Virus record (IMG/VR): IMGVR_UViG_3300043466_001519
Location: 49,986-113,985 of that record
Direction: 5' to 3' (one strand)
DNA: 64,000 nt
From: a virus
Taxonomy: Duplodnaviria; Caudoviricetes
Shown: positions 57,570 through 64,000 of the stretch, one piece after another
Layout: every line of letters begins with the position of its first letter
Position numbering within the stretch: the first letter of the stretch is position 1
Position numbers and translations under genes: made by a program
The notes under the pieces: generated by a model
Database searches by the model: none
What the model was told of the DNA's origin: nothing
Seen by the model: the letters and a program-made list of their open reading frames with translations, nothing else

Positions 57570-58327
57570 ATTATTTGTTCTTTAATTAATATTTCTTTTA
57601 CTTTTTCTATAAGATCTTCTATAGTTCCATCATTGATAATTTCATAATCAAACTCCGCATCATCAAGAGCTGTTTCACTTGGATGCAATGATTCATTATT
57701 GTTATCAGTTTCATCCCATGTCCATAGTTTGAATGTTTCAAACCAGGTAAACCCTTCATTGGCAGCTAGTTCTTCCCAAACACCATCTGATAAATCAACA
57801 TACCCCATATCTTTAAGGATTGCTTTAACTTTCTCATCTGAATATTTAGTATTATTGTTTCTAACAACTCTGATAGTGATTCCTCCTTTTTCTTTTACAA
57901 CTTCCATCTCATTAGGAAATCGCATATCTGTAATAATCCAATCAGGATAATGAAGAGTCCTATTCCCGTAATTGACACCATCTTTAGTGTAAGCGTGATT
58001 ATATTTTTCATAGTATTTATAGTCAGCAAACAAAGCATTCACCCATACATTTGTATGTAATCCATCACGCATTGCTTCTGTACCAAGTTTTTGAAGAAAC
58101 TCTCTGTATGTCATTTCCCATTCAAGACTCATGGGTTGTTTCTTAAACTCTTGGTCTTCAAAGTTTTCTACAGGAGTGCCACAAAGTATTGATCCAATCA
58201 ATTTTAATTTACCAGCAAACTTTTTGATTTCAAACACTTGACCTTTATTTGTTAAACAAAGACCTTGTATAATTTCTCCAATAGTGTCCTTTCCAGAACC
58301 TATCTTACCGTTAATACCTATTATCAT
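57566..58327 (-). CDS. deoxynucleoside monophosphate kinase
   Basis: GKIGSGKDT, FA..LK, RE.LQ.LGTE..R, ITD.RF.NE, H.SE. Confidence 0.9.
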   Translation of the reverse strand: MIIGINGKIGSGKDTIGEIIQGLCLTNKGQVFEIKKFAGKLKLIGSILCGTPVENFEDQEFKKQPMSLEWEMTYREFLQKLGTEAMRDGLHTNVWVNALFADYKYYEKYNHAYTKDGVNYGNRTLHYPDWIITDMRFPNEMEVVKEKGGITIRVVRNNNTKYSDEKVKAILKDMGYVDLSDGVWEELAANEGFTWFETFKLWTWDETDNNNESLHPSETALDDAEFDYEIINDGTIEDLIEKVKEILIKEQII

Positions 58328-58329
58328 AT

Positions 58330-59403
58330 TTAATCAAATAAATTAGTTGATGTTGGAACTTGTGGAACAACATCTTCTTCCACTTCTATTTCCTCTACAG
58401 GAAGATCAGTTTCATTAATCTTAGCTACAATCTTCTCTTTTAATTCATCATAGAATTCTGGATTGTCAAGGATTAATTGTTTAAATTCTTCTAAATCATA
58501 TTTAGTTCCATCAACAGTCATTGTCTTACCATACTTACGTCCTAATTCAAACTCATTAAGAAGACTCATCATCTCATCAAGTTTGTCTATACCCACTCCA
58601 TACACTATTTCAAACTCTGATTTTCTATATGGTGGAGACATCTTGTTCTTGATAGCTTTTAACTTAGTAATGTTACCATAGTTTACATCACCATCTTTAG
58701 CTAAAGTTCTAGACACTTCTATACGAACATCTGCATAGAATTTAAGAGCATGACCACCCTGAGTTGTTGTAGGATTACCAAACATAACACCAATCTTCTC
58801 TCTATATTGGGATATTACAATGACACATGTATTATGTTGTGATAGAGCACCCTTAAGTTTTGGATAGGCATTACTGTTCAATAAAGCTTTTCTACCTATT
58901 GTAGAATCACCTACATCACCATCTAACATCTTCTTAGGAATTAATGATGAATCACTATCTATTATTACAAGATCAATCTCTCCAGTGTTAATCATTTCCA
59001 TAGCAATGTTAAATCCTTCCTCACCACATGATGGTTGAGAAATTAGCATCTTAGTTGTATCCACTCCTAACTGTTTGAAATAATTCTTATCAACAGCATG
59101 TTCACCATCGATATACAACACAGTACCTCCTGCTTTTTGACATTCTGCTGCAGCATGTCCACAAATAGTTGATTTACCTGTGCCTTCCCAGCCCATCAAT
59201 TCATAAAGTTTACCTTTTACAAATCCTCCTACACCAAGAGTGATGTGATCAAAACCAATACTACCTGTACTAATTACATCATAATCTCCTCCTGTTTTAG
59301 AGTCTAATGCTAATATTGAACCAACACCATAGGTCTTGTTCAACTTGTCCATTGCTTCTTGAAACTTGTTATTAGTTTCTTTTGCTTTTACTGTTTTTGC
59401 CAT
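58330..59403 (-). CDS. recA: RecA recombinase
   Basis: ISTGS, GWEGTGKST, IDGEHA, IIDS, Q.REKIGVMFGNP.TT.GG.ALKFYA.VR, KNK. Confidence 0.95.
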   Translation of the reverse strand: MAKTVKAKETNNKFQEAMDKLNKTYGVGSILALDSKTGGDYDVISTGSIGFDHITLGVGGFVKGKLYELMGWEGTGKSTICGHAAAECQKAGGTVLYIDGEHAVDKNYFKQLGVDTTKMLISQPSCGEEGFNIAMEMINTGEIDLVIIDSDSSLIPKKMLDGDVGDSTIGRKALLNSNAYPKLKGALSQHNTCVIVISQYREKIGVMFGNPTTTQGGHALKFYADVRIEVSRTLAKDGDVNYGNITKLKAIKNKMSPPYRKSEFEIVYGVGIDKLDEMMSLLNEFELGRKYGKTMTVDGTKYDLEEFKQLILDNPEFYDELKEKIVAKINETDLPVEEIEVEEDVVPQVPTSTNLFD

Positions 59404-59468
59404 TATTTAATTGTTTTTAATATTTAAAGATAACGATTTTTCTGCTTATTTCCTAACCTATTGAGGAT

Positions 59469-59494
59469 AAAAAAGCCCCGAATTTCTTCAGGGC
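59469..59494 (-). terminator. Rho-independent terminator
   Basis: Minus strand GCCCTGAA-GAAA-TTCGGGGC followed by TTTTTT. Confidence 0.8.
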
Positions 59495-59524
59495 CTTCTC
59501 AACAATTAAAAACAGTATCAGAAA

Positions 59525-59689
59525 TTATTTTTTTAACTCAGTATTATTTTTTGATCTTTCTGTATAAGGACAATGTCTACACTGCCCACCACAGCAAAAT
59601 CCTTTTTGCTTTAAGTATTTTTCTGTGAATATGATTCTACCTTCTTCTAGATAGTAATCTACATGTTCTATAAAATCTTTCTTTGCCAT
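59525..59689 (-). CDS. small Cys-rich protein (DUF5522-like)
   Basis: Not in track; DYYLEEGRIIFTEKYLKQKGFCCGGQCRHCPY. Confidence 0.75.
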   Translation of the reverse strand: MAKKDFIEHVDYYLEEGRIIFTEKYLKQKGFCCGGQCRHCPYTERSKNNTELKK

Positions 59690-59720
59690 AACTTGTAAAT
59701 TTCATATCGCAATCTACAAC

Positions 59721-59900
59721 TTATTTTTCATTAATCCTAGAAGGAACAGTTATTTCTCCTTCTCTGAATAATTTTACTACAGCTGCTAATTGAAGATCAA
59801 ATAAATCTGAGATGTATTCAGCTGTTACTGCTGGATACTTTTCTTTGTATTCATATATTAGTAACTTAGTCTTTATCGATAGCTTTCTTATATTTGTCAT
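59721..59900 (-). CDS. hypothetical small protein (possible HTH)
   Basis: Not in track; 59 aa, MTNIRKLSIK...TAEYISDLFDLQLAAVVKLF. Confidence 0.55.
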   Translation of the reverse strand: MTNIRKLSIKTKLLIYEYKEKYPAVTAEYISDLFDLQLAAVVKLFREGEITVPSRINEK

Positions 59901-60126
59901 TGTTGGATTGTTTTATTAGCTGTGATTCATCTGCAAAAGTGTATCTGTATTTAACATCTTTATACTCATCCATGATGTATGGATTTTCCATTTTTCTAAA
60001 GAAGTTTTTATCATCTTTTGTTTCTACAGCAATAATAAAATGTGCATCATTATATCCACAAACATATCCTTTATATTTTGGATATACAACTAACATGTTT
60101 TTAAACTGGTTGAATAGCTTTTCCAT
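59866..60126 (-). CDS. hypothetical protein
   Basis: 86-aa ORF in operon. Confidence 0.65.
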   Translation of the reverse strand: MEKLFNQFKNMLVVYPKYKGYVCGYNDAHFIIAVETKDDKNFFRKMENPYIMDEYKDVKYRYTFADESQLIKQSNNDKYKKAIDKD

Positions 60127-60439
60127 CTTTATCTAAATTTAAACTTTTTAATCTATTCTCCACTTCAAACTCCACTTTAAGAATGAAGTTAATTTTCTCT
60201 TCAAGTTCTTGATTAATTATTCTACCAACAAATGGCATAAGATCATCAAGGTTTGTGTACACTCTGGCCAAACCAAATTTAGTTTTAATTTGTTGATATT
60301 TGAATCCAGGAATCTGTGTAAGATCATTGAATATTTGATCTACATAAGCAATTACAGAAGGCTCATTGATAGCCATTCCATAATGATCTTCGTCTATGTA
60401 TTGTTTATACTTCTCATTAAATTCATTACTCGTTCTCAT
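60101..60439 (-). CDS. hypothetical protein
   Basis: QIKTKFGLARVY motif; 112 aa. Confidence 0.7.
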   Translation of the reverse strand: MRTSNEFNEKYKQYIDEDHYGMAINEPSVIAYVDQIFNDLTQIPGFKYQQIKTKFGLARVYTNLDDLMPFVGRIINQELEEKINFILKVEFEVENRLKSLNLDKDGKAIQPV

Positions 60440-60818
60440 CAGTGTTTTCTTTATGGGTTAATTGTTGTTCTAATATTTCAAATGCTGTTTCTATAGCGAA
60501 TATTTCTGATTCTTTTCTTGTTTTATAAAAAGATTGGTCATCTGCTTCTTCTACAGCCCAAGTAAATCCAAAGTTGTCATGATATTTGATTATTATAATA
60601 ACATTATTCTCATCAAACACATCAAATAAACTACGAGGACTTGAATCTATGAATATACAAAGTTTGTCATTTGGAATTCCTTGTTCTAACATGTAGTTTT
60701 TGAAGTCTTCAGGAACTGTATCATCTCCTTTTACAGACTCTACCATTTTGTTAATAAACCATTCTCTAACCACTTCTGTAGATAGAGGGTATTTTTCTAA
60801 TAATTTTAGTGCTTCCAT
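60426..60818 (-). CDS. hypothetical protein
   Basis: 130-aa ORF in operon. Confidence 0.7.
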   Translation of the reverse strand: MEALKLLEKYPLSTEVVREWFINKMVESVKGDDTVPEDFKNYMLEQGIPNDKLCIFIDSSPRSLFDVFDENNVIIIIKYHDNFGFTWAVEEADDQSFYKTRKESEIFAIETAFEILEQQLTHKENTDENE

Positions 60819-60819
60819 A

Positions 60820-61020
60820 TTACTTTTTTAAATTTTCTTTTAATTCTATTTCTGCCATCTTCCACCAATCTCTTTCAAAATCAAGTTCATTGAGTGGCTC
60901 AAGCTCTTTACAAGCATTATATCTAATGTCATACATTAGACTTACTAAGTTACAGAATTCAGTAGCTTTTTCTAAACCCACTTCTTCTACAATAATTTCT
61001 AAGATTTCTCTGTTACACAT
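60820..61020 (-). CDS. hypothetical protein
   Basis: 66-aa ORF in operon. Confidence 0.6.
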   Translation of the reverse strand: MCNREILEIIVEEVGLEKATEFCNLVSLMYDIRYNACKELEPLNELDFERDWWKMAEIELKENLKK

Positions 61021-61565
61021 AATTCTTTTATTTTATCAAGTTCTAAAATTTCTTTTGATTCATCCCAACCATCCCACACTTCATAATCATCTTCAAATTC
61101 AATACCTAGTTTAGTTTCCCAGAAACTGATTAAGTCTTCAGCTTTATTAAAGATTCTATATTGTAAAGATATTTCATCTTTACTTAATCCATTTCTAGTA
61201 ATTTTAACTACCTTTGGAAATAATTTCTGAAAGTTTGCAGATGTCTTGGAATATTTACCACCTTGAACTAAAGTGAAATCATTTTTATATTTATCATCAA
61301 GTTGGTAAACAACCACTACATATCCATCTTCATAATCATAATCTTCTATGACAGCTTTTGTTCTTTCATATTCATTGTCTAAGAACTCTCTAAACTTATC
61401 TAAGTTTTCAGGTTTAAATAATAAATAAACACATCCTTTATACTGGTCTTCTTTTCTTGCATCTTTTATATATGCATTAATGAAACCATTTCCTCTAAGA
61501 GCATCTTTAGGCACTTTAAGAGTGGGCACCATAAATATGCTAGTTATATTCTTTTTAATCTCCAT
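60999..61565 (-). CDS. conserved crAss-like hypothetical protein
   Basis: TSIFMVP.L, FINAY, YLLF, G.YSK.S. Confidence 0.7.
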   Translation of the reverse strand: MEIKKNITSIFMVPTLKVPKDALRGNGFINAYIKDARKEDQYKGCVYLLFKPENLDKFREFLDNEYERTKAVIEDYDYEDGYVVVVYQLDDKYKNDFTLVQGGKYSKTSANFQKLFPKVVKITRNGLSKDEISLQYRIFNKAEDLISFWETKLGIEFEDDYEVWDGWDESKEILELDKIKELCVTEKS

Positions 61566-61568
61566 ATT

Positions 61569-62621
61569 CTATCCTTTAATATTTACTACTCCGTTAGACA
61601 AATAATTTTTGTAGCTTATATCCCATGTGTTTGTTTCTCTACACCATTTCAATGCTGCTATCAACTCTCCCACTCCTGGATAAGTTCTTCCTTTGTGTAC
61701 AAATCCTTTGTATGCATCCATCATATCATCCATGTCAAGAGTGTAAACTAATGGTCTGTAATAGTTTGTGCTATCACATACAATAAACTTCAGGTATTCC
61801 ACTCTATATCCATAACATTCACTTTCTGGATCACTTACTATATGCAACATTGCATAATAATATAAATATGCTTGGATGTATGCTCTTCTATACAAGTAAT
61901 ATTCTTCATAGAAGTTTTCTACACTCCATGTGCATTTAAGATCGTATGGCATAACCACTTTCTCTTTATGATCAATTATCACTTTATCAAGCATAGATTT
62001 GAACAAATGTCCATCTACATCATATCCTTCCACTTGCATTTGATCAATAATTTGATATCTAGAGCTATTTGTAAGATTTACAATAGGTGCTGTAGTGCTA
62101 TTGATTCTAAGTTGTTCTACAATCTTCTCTGCAATAGATATCTCCATAGTGTTTACAACAGTTAGGTTTTTACTTCTAACCTGTCTTATTTCATTATAAT
62201 ATATCTCTGCATCACTTCCTATAAACTTAGTTACTACAGCTTCATATTTAATCTTAAATCCTGAATCTTTATATGCATCTTGTAATATATCTGTAAACAC
62301 TCTAGTAATTACACCAAATTCATCTGTAGCATCTCTTGTATGTCTATATAATGCTTCTACAAAATCTAACATAAGTCCTGTAGGTGTAGAAGCACAAGAT
62401 GACATATAAAACTTATCATCAAATAAATGAGGTTCCATAAGTAGGGTTTCAACTATTCTACCCATATTAGCTGCTGAGCTATCTTTGTCTTCTACCTTCT
62501 CTCCAAGAAAATATTTTTTGTAATACTTCTTTCTATCTGTAGAGAAATCTTTTAGGCTACTGGATGAATCCATCACCACTGCTCTGTATTGAGCTTCTGT
62601 TTTTGCTGTTCCTTTTATCAT
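61569..62621 (-). CDS. PD-(D/E)XK exonuclease (exonuclease VIII/DUF3799-like)
   Basis: YR...SSSLK, G..V, KSMLD, YDLK, Y.Q...Y. Confidence 0.75.
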   Translation of the reverse strand: MIKGTAKTEAQYRAVVMDSSSSLKDFSTDRKKYYKKYFLGEKVEDKDSSAANMGRIVETLLMEPHLFDDKFYMSSCASTPTGLMLDFVEALYRHTRDATDEFGVITRVFTDILQDAYKDSGFKIKYEAVVTKFIGSDAEIYYNEIRQVRSKNLTVVNTMEISIAEKIVEQLRINSTTAPIVNLTNSSRYQIIDQMQVEGYDVDGHLFKSMLDKVIIDHKEKVVMPYDLKCTWSVENFYEEYYLYRRAYIQAYLYYYAMLHIVSDPESECYGYRVEYLKFIVCDSTNYYRPLVYTLDMDDMMDAYKGFVHKGRTYPGVGELIAALKWCRETNTWDISYKNYLSNGVVNIKG

Positions 62622-62623
62622 AA

Positions 62624-62797
62624 TTAATGTATTTGTAATTTTAAATCATCTACTACCATCCATTGACAATCACTTACTTTAGAAATACTTCCTTCTTCTT
62701 CAAGCTCATACATATATTCTTCTGCATCTCCAAAATCTGGAGAATAATTAAAAATTTCTACTGTTCCTGTTTGGAAATCTAATACTATTATTTTCAT
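62624..62797 (-). CDS. hypothetical protein (57 aa)
   Basis: Not in track; MKIIVLDFQTGTVEIF...CQWMVVDDLKLQIH*. Confidence 0.65.
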   Translation of the reverse strand: MKIIVLDFQTGTVEIFNYSPDFGDAEEYMYELEEEGSISKVSDCQWMVVDDLKLQIH

Positions 62798-62895
62798 AAT
62801 GTCTGTTTAAATGCTTCTATAATTTGAGGATATAATGCTCTCACCTCCCTTGGTACTCTTGAGAAAAACCATCTCACTTCTAATTGTTCTTTCAT
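62794..62895 (-). pseudogene. orphaned duplicate 3' end of gene 63667-63900 (33-aa mini-ORF)
   Basis: MKEQLEVRWFFSRVPREVRALYPQIIEAFKQTL*; 20/28 aa identical to C-terminus of 63667-63900; ATGA overlaps at both ends. Confidence 0.8.
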
Positions 62896-63479
62896 AATTT
62901 TGTTTTATATTTTGTTCCTTTTTTAGCTTCAGATATTTTTCTTCTAGTTTCTTCAGAAAAAACTCTTCCTTTTAAAGCTTTTGACATTTTATCAATTTCT
63001 TCTTGTGAATGCTTTTTACCTTTATTTGCTAGAGATATTTTATCTTTAGTTTCTTGAGAATGTTTTAATCCTTTGTTCCAAGCAATTCTTCCTATATGAG
63101 CTTTTGAAATTTTATCTTTTGTTTCAGAAGATAAAACTTTTCCAATCTGCCATTCAGACATCAACTTTTTAGTTTCATCAGAATGTTTTCCTCCTTTTCC
63201 TGGTTCTCTAGTATTTAAAACATCAATTCCTAAATTTTTATATTGATTCCAATATAAAATTTCATGATCATCTAAAGTCTTTTGATCAATTTGTTCTAAG
63301 AACTCATGTATAATTTCAAATACATGAGATTCAATACCATGTTTACTAATAGAGTTAAATAGTTTTATTTGTTTAGCACCTAAAGATTTCTTATATTGTT
63401 TAAATCTTCTTTCGATGTTCCAACTTTGTCCAATATAAACTCTACCAGTAGGACTTGTTATTTTATAAATTCCTATCAT
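62892..63479 (-). CDS. GIY-YIG homing endonuclease with NUMOD3 repeats
   Basis: GIYKITSPTGRVYIGQS..I..R; repeated HS.ETK.KIS. Confidence 0.92.
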   Translation of the reverse strand: MIGIYKITSPTGRVYIGQSWNIERRFKQYKKSLGAKQIKLFNSISKHGIESHVFEIIHEFLEQIDQKTLDDHEILYWNQYKNLGIDVLNTREPGKGGKHSDETKKLMSEWQIGKVLSSETKDKISKAHIGRIAWNKGLKHSQETKDKISLANKGKKHSQEEIDKMSKALKGRVFSEETRRKISEAKKGTKYKTKL

Positions 63480-63610
63480 TACATTAAGTCTTGAATAATA
63501 ATCAATCTAATATATGCTGATAGACTAAGTCCTAGCGATTCAGCTTTTCTAACTAATTTTTCTTTTACTTCTCCATTTATACGAAGTAAGATAGTTTCTT
63601 CATTTTTCAT
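63479..63610 (-). CDS. ribbon-helix-helix (CopG/Arc-like) regulator
   Basis: Not in track; MKNEETILLRINGEVKEKLVRKAESLGLSLSAYIRLII; TAATG-coupled to GIY-YIG. Confidence 0.8.
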   Translation of the reverse strand: MKNEETILLRINGEVKEKLVRKAESLGLSLSAYIRLIIIQDLM

Positions 63611-63623
63611 TTGTATATGTTTT

Positions 63624-63662
63624 TGTTATACAAATGTAATACAAGTATTTTAATCTACCAAA
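63624..63662 (-). promoter_or_regulatory. promoter of RHH-GIY-YIG cassette with tandem operator-like repeats
   Basis: Minus strand TTTG-N20-TACATTTG; TGTTATACA 63624-63632 and TGTAATACA 63635-63643 overlap the -7 box. Confidence 0.65.
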
Positions 63663-63666
63663 TTTT

Positions 63667-63900
63667 TTATCGTAAAGTTTGCATAAAACTTTCTATTATT
63701 ATTGGATATAGATCTCTAACTTGTTTAGGAACTTTTTGAAAAAACCAGCGTACCTCGCAAGAATATGCTTCACCTTTGTCATCTAATCCTTGAGGATGTA
63801 TTAACCAGAAATAGTGATATTTACCTTCATGTTCTATGTGGCCTTCATGCCACACCTCATTGAATGAGGGAGTTTTGTTTATTGTTATTGCGTTTTTCAT
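63667..63900 (-). CDS. hypothetical protein (target gene of GIY-YIG cassette)
   Basis: 77-aa ORF; C-terminus duplicated at 62797-62880. Confidence 0.75.
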   Translation of the reverse strand: MKNAITINKTPSFNEVWHEGHIEHEGKYHYFWLIHPQGLDDKGEAYSCEVRWFFQKVPKQVRDLYPIIIESFMQTLR

Positions 63901-64000
63901 AAGTTAAGTTTTTTTAAATCTTCATCAATTCTTTTTAAAAATGATTCTTCACCATCATCTCCTGATAGTAACCAATCCATTCTCTGTATATAAACTTGAG
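63897..64000 (-). CDS. 3' end of hypothetical protein (partial)
   Basis: QVYIQRMDWLLSGDDGEESFLKRIDEDLKKLNL*; ATGA overlap with next gene. Confidence 0.65.
   Translation of the reverse strand, partial: QVYIQRMDWLLSGDDGEESFLKRIDEDLKKLNL

Larger units (their letters stand above)
62881..63756 (-). mobile_element. free-standing homing endonuclease cassette (replacement gene end, promoter, RHH, GIY-YIG)
   Basis: Bounded by the two diverged copies of the EVRWFF...QTL coding segment. Confidence 0.7.

Noticed and set aside
62797-63756. Diversity-generating retroelement TR/VR pair
   Set aside because: Differences between the copies are not adenine-specific, are mostly synonymous, and no reverse transcriptase is in the window
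1-64000. Stop-codon reassignment (TAG/TGA) as in some crAss-like phages
   Set aside because: Genes up to 13 kb are open and tightly packed in code 11, and TGA serves as a stop in ATGA overlaps; no suppressor tRNA seen

Overview
AT-rich 64-kb segment of a lytic crAss-like phage (Crassvirales-type), read in the standard genetic code. The host is probably Bacteroidota, judged from TTTG-N20-TAnnTTTG promoters. The + strand (1-51.5 kb) is the virion/late block. It holds Thr-rich decoration proteins, a metallophosphoesterase, tail ring and IHF-like genes, and a split tail-stabilisation (muzzle) gene. It continues with the cargo/ejection proteins, including a 4407-aa virion RNA polymerase (DFDIDK), then a lysis cassette with an M15 endolysin, accessory structural genes, a glycosyltransferase, a trypsin-like protease, a ferritin-like protein, homing endonucleases and a run of small Lys-rich genes. 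The - strand (51.6-64 kb) converges on a bidirectional terminator and carries GT2/methyltransferase/GT2, a GroES-like gene, thioredoxin, PhoH, MazG, ThyX, a phosphoesterase, dNMP kinase, RecA, a PD-(D/E)XK nuclease and an RHH + GIY-YIG cassette. Main candidates for novelty: (1) a virion O-glycosylation system, with mucin-like poly-Thr tracts, an HPAT/SRGT1-like glycosyltransferase, two GT2s and a sugar-type methyltransferase; (2) intron-less homing endonuclease cassettes that sit inside genes and carry a recoded duplicate of the disrupted gene end; (3) a short x-[KQRA]-x-G-G peptide motif shared by cargo proteins and the basic mini-proteins; (4) an ADP-ribosyltransferase-like cargo domain; (5) fixed-spacing upstream promoter elements. 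All family assignments come from recognising motifs by eye, not from database searches.
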